Assembly: GCA_964429275.1 (NCBI GenBank)
Contig: CAYSBJ010000003.1
Span: 129,337-193,336, forward strand
Length of the DNA: 64,000 nucleotides
Direction: 5' to 3'
From: an uncultured Pseudomonadota bacterium
Lineage (GTDB): Bacteria; Babelota; Babeliae; Babelales; JAUPTZ01
Shown: piece after piece, positions 30,702-38,752 of the stretch
Position numbering within the stretch: position 1 is the first letter of the stretch
Layout: each line of letters begins with the position of its first letter
Notes under the pieces: model-generated
Told to the model about the DNA's origin: nothing
Seen by the model: only the letters and a program-made list of their open reading frames with translations
The model's database searches: none
Translations under genes and position numbers: made by a program

Positions 30702-31348
30702 TTACGTATACTGCCAAGCCAGGGGAAGAGATACGCCTCAGAGAGATGGTATTAACGCCAGAGGGGCATGATATTCAGGTTGTGATACCGCAGGGGATTC
30801 GTGCCACCGTTGTTGACCACGCAGATGTTGTGGACGCAGCCATTACGCTCATCGTGCACCAAGATGCCGTAGTAACCTTTACTGGGCAATTGGCCTTGCA
30901 TGGTGCACAGCAGGTAACGCGGACGGTAACCATTCAGTGTGAAGGGCGTGGGAGCATGGCGGCTCTTGAGGTCTCTTGTCATACCCAGGGCAGCAGTCAG
31001 CTTTCACTGAAAACGTTTCAGAATCATACCGCTTCAAGCGCGATGAGCACCGTGCGTATTTTTGGCGTCAGTAGCCAGACTTCACGGGCGTCGGTGGCCA
31101 GCACGATCTTTATTGCGCCACATTTAGGGGGGGTGACAGCCCGTCAAGTACACAAACATTTGTTACTTGATCCGGGTGCCCGAGCGGTTTCCGTGCCTGC
31201 TCTTGATATTTTGTCCAACGATGTGTCTTGCAGCCATGGGTCGGCGATTACCCATCTTGATGCTGCGCAACTGTTCTACTTACAGGCCCGGGGATATGAC
31301 CTTGAAGCGGCAAGAGATACGGTAGTAAAAGCTTTTTTGCAATGTTGA
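30698..31348 (+). CDS. sufD: Short SufD-like protein (beta-helix core and C-terminus only)
   Basis: 216 aa with its start overlapping the sufB stop. The C-terminus [36 protein letters not shown] matches the SufB/SufD family. Confidence 0.7.
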   Translation: MITYTAKPGEEIRLREMVLTPEGHDIQVVIPQGIRATVVDHADVVDAAITLIVHQDAVVTFTGQLALHGAQQVTRTVTIQCEGRGSMAALEVSCHTQGSSQLSLKTFQNHTASSAMSTVRIFGVSSQTSRASVASTIFIAPHLGGVTARQVHKHLLLDPGARAVSVPALDILSNDVSCSHGSAITHLDAAQLFYLQARGYDLEAARDTVVKAFLQC

Positions 31349-31442
31349 GATTTTGACGTCTTAAAGAAATCGGTCTATGATTGTCCTGCTTATGTCACGT
31401 AAGTAGTACTGTTCAACCTATAGTCGTATAAGGAAGTATATC

Positions 31443-32507
31443 GTGTCAAATCTAATAAATAGAGATGAAATAGGATCCCTTGAGGGGGCGTTTACGCCAC
31501 GGTCACTTCTGTCATTGTCCATATTCGGTTTTCGTTTAAGTTGCCTCTTTGCTAGTTCTCGTAGAGCCAAAATGACAGGTAAGCGTGTTGCTATCATTAT
31601 ATTGCATCATGATAGTGCATGGGAGCGTCGAGCAGTAAAAGGTATTGTGGTAAGCATGATGAATTGTTATTCGCCAGAAGAACCGCCGTTATTTGATGTC
31701 TTTTCTGCTGAAAACTCTTCCCAACGCTTGAACGAAGAAATTATGCCGATCATTGAGCAAAACAAAAAACAATATGCGGCTATTATTACGAGTGGTCCGT
31801 GGGTGAGCTCAGGGGTTAAAACGTACATGACTGAGCATAAAATGACGTTGCCGCAAGTCTTTCTTGGTGTTCAAGATCCGGTTGGCGCTGGCCTTATTAA
31901 GAACTTTGAAATACCGCAAGCTGGTATCGTCGGGGTGAACAATGCTGCTGTTGACTATGATTATTGCGTGACGGTCTTAAAAGAAATTTTCCCTGTTATC
32001 AAAACAGTTCTGGTTCCGTATGATTCTACGACAACGCCGGATACCATGGACCTGGAAAAGCGCCGATTGGTTGATCGATTGAAGTACCGCGAGCTTGAAG
32101 TCCGTCTATTGCCGGTTGATGTAAATGGCGACGTTCCACGGCAGATAGCGCCGCATTTGGCTGGTGTTAATGTTTTGTGGACCGTTGAAGAGCCGTTGAT
32201 CCAGATGCATGCTAAGAAGCTTTCACGACTGTGTGGCGATTATTCTGTTCTTTTTTGTTCTGGTGAACTGGCTTCGGTGTTTCAGGGGGCTGATATTGGT
32301 TGGGGTGACTCAGGAAGCCTGCAAGGGCTGTATGCTGGGCAGCTTTGTTTTGCTGTTTCAATTGGGATACCGACCGTGCGTTTGAAGAATATTGAGGTTA
32401 TGAACTCAGCAACTACTCGCACTAACCCAAACTTTTCTGATGGTTGTGCGCTGAGTGATTCGGCTACTATTTTGATCCGTGACGTTATCCCGCTCGGATG
32501 GGAATAA
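31443..32507 (+). CDS. ABC_sub_bind / PF04392-like substrate-binding paralog (fifth copy); start uncertain
   Basis: Colinear with the paralogs at 1..4361 (KRVAIIILHHDS...AAIITSGPW...LPQVFLGVQDPVGAGLIKNF..PQAGIVGV...). An alternative ATG at 31572 would give no leader. Confidence 0.65.
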   Translation: MSNLINRDEIGSLEGAFTPRSLLSLSIFGFRLSCLFASSRRAKMTGKRVAIIILHHDSAWERRAVKGIVVSMMNCYSPEEPPLFDVFSAENSSQRLNEEIMPIIEQNKKQYAAIITSGPWVSSGVKTYMTEHKMTLPQVFLGVQDPVGAGLIKNFEIPQAGIVGVNNAAVDYDYCVTVLKEIFPVIKTVLVPYDSTTTPDTMDLEKRRLVDRLKYRELEVRLLPVDVNGDVPRQIAPHLAGVNVLWTVEEPLIQMHAKKLSRLCGDYSVLFCSGELASVFQGADIGWGDSGSLQGLYAGQLCFAVSIGIPTVRLKNIEVMNSATTRTNPNFSDGCALSDSATILIRDVIPLGWE

Positions 32508-32604
32508 AAAAGAGGTTTTGACAAAATTACCGTTCACAGTATACTTTCTGCTCGTTATGGGAAGATCGTTTACTAACTAACTGATTTCTGATCTGAAAGG
32601 TCAT

Positions 32605-33003
32605 ATGAAACAAAGTAGCACTATGCATCACGGGATTGGGCGTCGCAAAAGCGCAACAGCTCGGGTGTGGCTTAAAAATGGCAATGGAACTATTAGCGTT
32701 AATGGCCGTGATTATGCACAATATTTTGATACCGATGCGACTCGCCAAGGGATGCTGGCTGCACTGAATGTGACCGGTCAGATTAAAAAGTACGATATCG
32801 CGGCAAATGTACAAGGCGGCGGCCGTACCGGCCAATCCGATGCAATTAAGCTTGGAATCGCTCGTGCGTTACTAACAACAGATGAAAGCCTTCGTGGCGT
32901 TCTTCGTGAGAATGGTTTGTTGACAGTTGATTCACGCGTAAAAGAACGTAAAAAATACGGTCAAAAAGCAGCGCGTAAGAAATTCCAATTCGTTAAGCGT
33001 TAA
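32605..33003 (+). CDS. rpsI: 30S ribosomal protein S9
   Basis: GIGRRKSATARVWL, GGGRTGQSDAIKLGIARAL, and the C-terminus KKFQFVKR. Confidence 0.95.
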   Translation: MKQSSTMHHGIGRRKSATARVWLKNGNGTISVNGRDYAQYFDTDATRQGMLAALNVTGQIKKYDIAANVQGGGRTGQSDAIKLGIARALLTTDESLRGVLRENGLLTVDSRVKERKKYGQKAARKKFQFVKR

Positions 33004-33024
33004 TCGTTTACCGAGACAAAATTC

Positions 33025-33058
33025 AAGGCACAGTGGTTTATTCCATTGTGCCTTTTTT
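33025..33058 (+). terminator. Rho-independent terminator after rpsI
   Basis: AAGGCACAGTGG TTTATT CCATTGTGCCTT, followed by a T-run. Confidence 0.7.
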
Positions 33059-33136
33059 GTTTTCTCGCTTTTTCGCTGGCCAAAATCCTTGCTACCACAA
33101 CATACTTTTGGGCTATAGTAAAAGAGGGGGCTCTGT

Positions 33137-33784
33137 ATGTTTAAAATCTATTTCTTACCTTTTCTATTTCTTTTAACGGCCGTTGTGCCGCCGGTTCACG
33201 CTACTTCTGATGTCAGCCATCCTCGCGTATTTGATGCGGCTATCGTTACGGGTATCTCTGCTGGTTTAGCCTGGCTTTTCTTGCATCAGGTAGAGAAAAA
33301 CCTTCTGCGCCAGAACCGATCTCATTCTTCAGATTTTAAAAATATTCGATTCGCGGGACGTTTTTTGCGCCTTGTGAGCCTTTCTGGTTTGGGAACAGCC
33401 GGCTTTATGAAGCTGTTTATGTCCCAGCCGGTGCGAGTGGAGCCTCATTCTTTGGAGGTGGTTGAAAGCGATTTTGGTAGGGGTGGAGATGCTGTTGCAG
33501 TAGGTGAATCTGCTTTTGATAATCCTTCGGCTCTCACTACACAGAAAGCGAAAGGCCTTTCTATTAAGCCTATCAGGCCGAAAAAATTACCGAAGAGTCT
33601 CTTGCTGTTTACACAGAGCAATAAGAGCATGAAGAGCATGTCGATAGAGGATGAGACGCGGGCTCTTAAAAGACTTGAGCACTGGGATGATGGTTTGTTG
33701 GTGACACGAGCTGAGGATGAAGAACTTCAGCGCCTTGAGCGCAAAAGAGGCGAAGGGCACGAAGAGCGCAAGGTCATGGAATAG
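33137..33784 (+). CDS. Hypothetical exported or membrane protein
   Basis: 215 aa with the signal MFKIYFLPFLFLLTAVVPPVHA and one further hydrophobic segment. I recognise no family. Confidence 0.45.
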   Translation: MFKIYFLPFLFLLTAVVPPVHATSDVSHPRVFDAAIVTGISAGLAWLFLHQVEKNLLRQNRSHSSDFKNIRFAGRFLRLVSLSGLGTAGFMKLFMSQPVRVEPHSLEVVESDFGRGGDAVAVGESAFDNPSALTTQKAKGLSIKPIRPKKLPKSLLLFTQSNKSMKSMSIEDETRALKRLEHWDDGLLVTRAEDEELQRLERKRGEGHEERKVME

Positions 33785-33979
33785 GGCCCTTGAAATATTT
33801 TTTGCCACATCGATATATTTGTTTTGTGTCAAACCATTGCAAATATTTCTCCAAGTAATTATATTTGTAGTAGGCAAGATTAAGTTATGGTCTTGAATAG
33901 CACTCGATTTTGCCTTTGGTATTTCACCATTCCTAAAGAAATATCAAAGTTACGTATAACCAATAATAAGGGAATAATT

Positions 33980-34726
33980 ATGAAAAACAAAATGATGTTA
34001 TTACTGACGCTTATTGCGGCATCTTCTGGTGTTGTTGTAGCGAGTGATGCGGCTTCAAAAAGCGATGCGGCTCCAAAAAAGGCTGCATGGGTGGAAGGCG
34101 CTGATGCTCCAGCAGGCTACTTTAATCTTTACGGAGATAGCGACTTCGAAGCTGCAACTCCGCGTGAAGAGCTTCCGTTTCATAAACGTGCTGTTAACAA
34201 GCTTAAGAATCGTTATGATTTCTCAAACAAGAAGCGTTTTGCTCGTAATGTCACTGGTGACGTTATGAACGCTGGCGCTCTTGGTCTGTTGACTGCAGAT
34301 ATTTATAAACGTCGTAACAACGGCTTGGAATATTTGTTGAATAACACAGCTCTTGGTCAATCAGCGATCGGTAACAAGTACTTGCGCAAAAAATGGGCCC
34401 ATGTACTTGCATCTCTCTTGCAAACAATCGCCATTAACGAGGCTGCTGGTCTTGTATCTGGTGACGGTGGTCTTGCAAGTAATGGCGCTCGCTATGCTTG
34501 GGAGAAGGCTTTCGGCAAGAAAAAGAAACCTGCTTTGTTTGAAGAGAAAGCGACAGATGAAGACGATCAAGTTACTTACCCAGAACGTATGACGGCTGAA
34601 GACGCGGATGACCGTGATGATTCTATGATACTCGGTGTTGCGCCTCAAGATGAAGCTCGATACCAAGAAGCAATTGCTAAACTTCCTGCTGATAATAAAG
34701 CTCGTTTGGCATTGGCTCGTAAATAA
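33980..34726 (+). CDS. Hypothetical secreted protein
   Basis: The ORF runs 33887..34726. The likely start is the ATG at 33980 (MKNKMMLLLTLIAASSGVVVA), preceded by TAAGGGA. The C-terminus is acidic. Confidence 0.5.
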   Translation: MKNKMMLLLTLIAASSGVVVASDAASKSDAAPKKAAWVEGADAPAGYFNLYGDSDFEAATPREELPFHKRAVNKLKNRYDFSNKKRFARNVTGDVMNAGALGLLTADIYKRRNNGLEYLLNNTALGQSAIGNKYLRKKWAHVLASLLQTIAINEAAGLVSGDGGLASNGARYAWEKAFGKKKKPALFEEKATDEDDQVTYPERMTAEDADDRDDSMILGVAPQDEARYQEAIAKLPADNKARLALARK

Positions 34727-34755
34727 ACCTTTACTGGTTACTATTCACTACAAAG

Positions 34756-34785
34756 AAAAGACCTCAGGGAAACCTGAGGTCTTTT
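34756..34785 (+). terminator. Rho-independent terminator
   Basis: AAAAGACCTCAGG GAAA CCTGAGGTCTTTT. Confidence 0.7.
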
Positions 34786-34819
34786 CCCTTTTTACAACGA
34801 ATGTAGTTTAAAACATCAA

Positions 34820-34988
34820 GACCCGTCTTGCGGGTCATCCGCCGCCGCCCCTTTGGGGGCTAAGGCGAGACACGCTGTAGTCTCGAAGGCGGTTGCGAGC
34901 GAAGCGCGGCAATCCAGATTGTATGTAATATATCTAGGCAATTTTCTGCATTGCTTCGTTTCTCGCGATGACGACAGCTAACGCTGTC
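34820..34988. repeat. Full composite copy of the palindromic repeat family
   Basis: The order is: hairpin GACCCGTCTTGCGGGTC; CATCCGCCGCCGCCCCTTTGGGGGCTAAGGCGAGACACGC...CGAAGGCGGTTGCGAGCGAAGCGCGGCAATCC; spacer; CATTGCTTCGTTTCTCGCGATGAC; hairpin GACAGCTAACGCTGTC. Confidence 0.75.
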
Positions 34989-34994
34989 TCTCTT

Positions 34995-36350
34995 TCACCC
35001 TACCGGGAAAAGTTTTAAGAGTTGGTACACATTCTTGAATCGTTGGACATTGCTCCCGCTGGGGCATTGTTGCTCTTCTGAGACAAAAATGGTTTTGAGG
35101 CCGAAAGTATTGGCTTCTTTGATGCGTGATTCTACATAGCTTATTGGCTTAATGTGCCCGGTGAGGCTGATCTCTCCCAAGGCTACCGATTTTTCCGGGA
35201 GCGGGTGCTGAAAGAAGGAAGATAGCAGTGCTAAGGCGATTGCCAGGTCGCTTGCGCTTTCTTTGATGGAGCAGCCGCCGCTAACTTTAAAGAAGATATC
35301 CACACCGCTGAGGCCGACTTGCAGGTATTTTTCTAAAATGGCAGCGATGAGTGCTACGCGCTTCGGGTCAACCCCCGTTACAATGCGCTGAGGCATGGCA
35401 AATTTCGTTGGTACGCAGAGCGCCTGGAGTTCCAGGAGCAACGGTCGTGTGCCCTCAATGCTGCACGTTAGCGCGGAGCCGGGTGCGTGGGTGGCCTGGC
35501 TGAGCAGGTGGGCGTTAATATTTTGTACAGGCTGCAGGCCGCTCGGGGCCATTTCAAAAAAGCCAAGCTCATCAATGGTGCCAAAACGGTTTTTAACGGC
35601 GCGCAACATGCGCACTTGCCAGCGGTCCTCTCCCTGGAGGTAGAACACGCCGTCAACGATATGTTCAAGTAACTTTGGCCCAGCCATTTGCCCCTCTTTG
35701 GTAATGTGGCCGGTCACAATGACGGTAATGGTATGTTTTTTGGCCAGGGTCATGAGGAGAAAGCCGGCATATTTGAGGTGGCTTATGGAGCCAGGAACCG
35801 TTTGGCGGTCATCGTCTTGTACGATGCAGTTTTGAATGGAATCGATAATGAGGATGGCCGGTTTTTCCGCTTGGCCGGTGGCGATGATGGCTGCTAGGTC
35901 GGCACAGTCTGAAAAGCGCAGGCGCGGCGATGAAGTGATGCCAAGGCGGATGCCTCGTTGTTTGAGCTGGCTGCCGGATTCTTCAGAGGAAAAATAGAGC
36001 ACATCGTGCGACTGGGCCAGCGCTGCCGCTACTTGGAGGAGGAGGGTTGATTTTCCGATGCCGGGGTCGCCCGTTACGATGAGAAACGCGCCGGGCATAA
36101 GGCCGCCATCTCCCATGACGCGGTCCCATTCTTTGATGCCGCTTTGATAGCGTTCAATACGATTGTGGCCGCTTAATTCATCGAGCGGCACGACTGGGGT
36201 TGTTGCGGCCGCTGCACCAGTTGTCTGGCTTGCGGATGCTGAGTACGGTTCAAAAGAGTTCCAGGTTTTGCATTCCGGGCAACAACCGGCCCATTTTACG
36301 GCGATGTGGCCGCAGGTTGTGCATTTGTGTTGTGCGTTGTTTTTGGCCAT
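34995..36350 (-). CDS. radA: DNA repair protein RadA
   Basis: N-terminal zinc finger CTTCGH...CCPECKTW, Walker A GDPGIGKSTLLLQ, the KNRFG motif, and a Lon-protease-like C-terminal domain. Confidence 0.95.
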   Translation of the reverse strand: MAKNNAQHKCTTCGHIAVKWAGCCPECKTWNSFEPYSASASQTTGAAAATTPVVPLDELSGHNRIERYQSGIKEWDRVMGDGGLMPGAFLIVTGDPGIGKSTLLLQVAAALAQSHDVLYFSSEESGSQLKQRGIRLGITSSPRLRFSDCADLAAIIATGQAEKPAILIIDSIQNCIVQDDDRQTVPGSISHLKYAGFLLMTLAKKHTITVIVTGHITKEGQMAGPKLLEHIVDGVFYLQGEDRWQVRMLRAVKNRFGTIDELGFFEMAPSGLQPVQNINAHLLSQATHAPGSALTCSIEGTRPLLLELQALCVPTKFAMPQRIVTGVDPKRVALIAAILEKYLQVGLSGVDIFFKVSGGCSIKESASDLAIALALLSSFFQHPLPEKSVALGEISLTGHIKPISYVESRIKEANTFGLKTIFVSEEQQCPSGSNVQRFKNVYQLLKLFPVG

Positions 36351-36427
36351 GGGTTCCCCGTTTTTGCTTTGTTTTTATGTGGATTGCTATTTTTGTGTTT
36401 CTTCTATGGATTATAGACGGCTGACAG

Positions 36428-36605
36428 CCATCATCCGCCGCCGCACCTCTGGTGCTAAGGCGTGACACGCCGAAGTATCGAAGGCGGTTGCGAGGAACGT
36501 AGTGACGTGGCAATCTATTCTTACAATTGTTTTCTATTTTTACAATCTACATGGATTGCTTCGTCGGCTTCGCCTTCTCGCAATGACGCGCTTTTTGGGC
36601 GCGTC
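36428..36605. repeat. Repeat array unit 1 (CCGCC module, arm A, spacer, arm B, hairpin)
   Basis: CATCATCCGCCGCCGCACC...CGAAGGCGGTTGCGAGGAACGTAGTGACGTGGCAATCT; a 36-nt spacer; GGATTGCTTCGTCGGCTTCGCCTTCTCGCAATGAC; hairpin GACGCGCTTTTTGGGCGCGTC. Confidence 0.8.
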
Positions 36606-36662
36606 TGGATGAATTTTTAGGGAAGCCCACTCGTTACTGCGTGCTTCTTGTCTGAGTTATAT

Positions 36663-36792
36663 GACGGCGTTTAGCCGTCTTTGCGAGCGTAGCGCGGCAA
36701 TCCATTCTTATACTTGGTTTCTATTCTTACAATCTACATGGATTGCTTCGTCGGCTTCGCCTTCTCGCAATGACGTGCTCCAAGGACACGTC
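36663..36792. repeat. Repeat array unit 2 (short, MITE-like)
   Basis: Hairpin GACGGCGTTTAGCCGTC; TTTGCGAGCGTAGCGCGGCAATCC; spacer ATTCTTATACTTGGTTTCTATTCTTACAATCTACAT; GGATTGCTTCGTCGGCTTCGCCTTCTCGCAATGAC; hairpin GACGTGCTCCAAGGACACGTC. Confidence 0.85.
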
Positions 36793-36825
36793 TGTAGAAT
36801 ACTATGATTTTTTTTGTTTTTTATA

Positions 36826-37258
36826 GACGACGGAGTCGTCATTGCGAGGAACGTAGTGACGTGGCAATCCATCTTATATTCTCACTCATCCTACAATACT
36901 ATCAAACAAGTCATGCCATTCTGGATTGAAAGAAGTTATAAGGTCAACTTTCTTTTGACGAGAGCCTCCTTTGATTGCTTTCTCGCGCTCAATAGCACTT
37001 TTCATAGATGGACATTGTTCGTAGTAAACTAAAAGAGTACAACCATAGCGGGAGGTAAAACCTTTCTTGGGAAGGCCTTCTCTGTGTTGATACACTCGTT
37101 TTATGAGATTAGAGGTGACGCCGGTGTAGAGCGTACCGTTCTTTTGGTTAGTCATTATATAAACGACTGGGATTTTGGTCATTTGGTTATTACGTTTTTA
37201 TATGCTTTTACATGGATTGCTTCGCGGTGCTCGCAATGACGCGCTTTTTGGGCGCGTC
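36826..37258 (-). mobile_element. Candidate autonomous element: GIY-YIG nuclease gene bracketed by repeat arms A and B and their flanking hairpins
   Basis: Hairpin GACGACGGAGTCGTC, then arm A ATTGCGAGGAACGTAGTGACGTGGCAATCC (36841..36870), then a 343-bp core carrying ORF 36886..37182. Arm B GGATTGCTTCGCGGTGCTCGCAATGAC (37214..37240) and hairpin GACGCGCTTTTTGGGCGCGTC follow. The outer 11-bp inverted repeat is GTCATTGCGAG / CTCGCAATGAC. Confidence 0.55.
36886..37182 (-). CDS. Small GIY-YIG nuclease family protein (COG2827 / YhbQ-UPF0213-like)
   Basis: 98 aa: VVYIMTNQKNGTLYTGVTSNLIKRVYQHREG...YGCTLLVYYEQ...AIEREKAIKGGSRQKKVDLI. It has the GIY...YxG, R, H and E motifs. Confidence 0.85.
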   Translation of the reverse strand: MTKIPVVYIMTNQKNGTLYTGVTSNLIKRVYQHREGLPKKGFTSRYGCTLLVYYEQCPSMKSAIEREKAIKGGSRQKKVDLITSFNPEWHDLFDSIVG

Positions 37259-37285
37259 TGAATGAATACTATGACTTTTTTTATA

Positions 37286-37407
37286 GACGACGGAGTCGTC
37301 ATTGCGAGCGTAGCGCGGCAATCCATTCTTATACTTGGTTTCTATCTTTACAGCTTACATGGATTGCTTCGTCGGCTTTGCCTTCTCGCAATGACGACTT
37401 CGTCGTC
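37286..37407. repeat. Repeat array unit 4 (short, MITE-like)
   Basis: Hairpin GACGACGGAGTCGTC; ATTGCGAGCGTAGCGCGGCAATCC; spacer ATTCTTATACTTGGTTTCTATCTTTACAGCTTACAT; GGATTGCTTCGTCGGCTTTGCCTTCTCGCAATGAC; hairpin GACGACTTCGTCGTC. Confidence 0.85.
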
Positions 37408-37442
37408 CATAAAGGCTATGGGAATAATTTTAGTGTTACGTA

Positions 37443-37487
37443 AACGCGCGGTGAAGCGCGTCTTTGCGAGCGTAGCGCGGCAATCCA
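37443..37487. repeat. Solo arm A with hairpin, abutting the tdk stop
   Basis: ACGCGCGGTGAAGCGCGT followed by CTTTGCGAGCGTAGCGCGGCAATCC. No partner arm B is present. Confidence 0.7.
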
Positions 37488-37499
37488 TTCTATTCAGAC

Positions 37500-38117
37500 T
37501 TACCCCTGCCTTTGCAGCTCCTGCGCTTTTTTTGCATAAAAATCGACTGGGCGGTTAATGGAAAAACAGGTGCGGCATCGGGCTTCGTAGGAATCTTCTG
37601 CGCCGACTTGAATGAGTGGGTCATGCCAGTCAGCCGGTTTGCCGTTGACCAAGCGTTGCGTCCAGCGGGCGTCTTTGCCACATTGCATGCAAATAGCAGA
37701 AAGCTTATGCACGCTGTCAGCAAGGGTCATGAGGTGTGGCATAATGCCAAATGGCTGGCCGCGAAAATCGGTGTCCAGGCCGGCAGCGATAACGCGTACG
37801 CCGCGATCAACCAGCTCTTCGATAACGCTGAGAATATCGAGCGGGAAAAATTGTACTTCGTCGATGGCTACTACTTCAATGTCGAGAGGAATAGCAGCGC
37901 GCATGCTTTCTACATCATCAGCAGCGGCGGCTTCTAAAACGCGGCCAGCATGCGAATTGATGCAGGCGGTGTGAACCCGATTGTCGATACGGTGCTTGAT
38001 AGTAATAACTGCTTGCTTTGCATATTCAGCGCGGCGGACCAGGCGCATCAGCTCTTCGGTTTTGCCGGAAAACATGCAGCCGGCTACCACCTCGAGGGAG
38101 CCTTTTCTAGATTTCAT
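37500..38117 (-). CDS. tdk: Thymidine kinase (copy B)
   Basis: P-loop GCMFSGKTEEL, IDEVQFF, and zinc-ribbon cysteines CMQCG...CRTC. Its start ATG overlaps the stop of the upstream tdk (ATGA). Confidence 0.9.
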   Translation of the reverse strand: MKSRKGSLEVVAGCMFSGKTEELMRLVRRAEYAKQAVITIKHRIDNRVHTACINSHAGRVLEAAAADDVESMRAAIPLDIEVVAIDEVQFFPLDILSVIEELVDRGVRVIAAGLDTDFRGQPFGIMPHLMTLADSVHKLSAICMQCGKDARWTQRLVNGKPADWHDPLIQVGAEDSYEARCRTCFSINRPVDFYAKKAQELQRQG

Positions 38118-38752
38118 AAAAATATCCTTTGTTCTGGTCTTCTTTCTATGACAAAGCAGCTACGACAGCGGGGTTCATACGTTTCGGCTGCGCCGACAAG
38201 CATGAGCGGATCGTCATATTTTGCCGGTTCGCCGTTTACAATGCGCTGTGAGTAGTGGGAATTTTTGCCGCAGGCACCGCAGATCGCGTTGAGCTTGGTT
38301 ACGCTGTCGGCTAATGCCATGACCGTGGGCATAACGCCAAACGGTTCGCCGCGAAAATCAAGGTCAAGGCCGGCAACAACAACACGTTTGCCTTGTTCAA
38401 CCAAGCTGACGATAACTGGTACAATTTCTTTAGGGAAAAACTGGAGTTCGTCGATGCCAATAACGTCAATGGCGGGCGATGCGAGGTTTAAAATCTTTCG
38501 AATGCCTTGTGGCGTATTGTCGATGGGGTGTGCAGAGCGCTCTTGGCCATCGTGAGAGAGGATGCATTGGTGGTGTGCACGTGAATCAATGAGGTGCTTG
38601 ATAGTAAGAACTGTTTGCTTTGCAAATTCAGCGCGACGAAGACGTCGCATAAGTTCTTCTGTCTTACCAGAAAACATTGATCCGCAAATTACTTCAAGGC
38701 GGCCCGGGCTTTTTTTTGCCGGTACATATACGGCGTCGCGTGTGTCGGTCAT
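38114..38752 (-). CDS. tdk: Thymidine kinase (copy A)
   Basis: The ORF runs 38114..38854, and the likely start is MTDTRDAVY at 38752. Motifs GSMFSGKTEEL, IDELQFF and CGACG...CRSC are present. Confidence 0.9.
   Translation of the reverse strand: MTDTRDAVYVPAKKSPGRLEVICGSMFSGKTEELMRRLRRAEFAKQTVLTIKHLIDSRAHHQCILSHDGQERSAHPIDNTPQGIRKILNLASPAIDVIGIDELQFFPKEIVPVIVSLVEQGKRVVVAGLDLDFRGEPFGVMPTVMALADSVTKLNAICGACGKNSHYSQRIVNGEPAKYDDPLMLVGAAETYEPRCRSCFVIERRPEQRIFL

Noticed and set aside
36428-37487. Regularly spaced repeats that could be mistaken for a CRISPR array
   Set aside because: The repeats come as two different inverted arms rather than one direct repeat. The spacers between arms are nearly identical to each other rather than unique. 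Unit lengths are irregular, and no cas genes are nearby.
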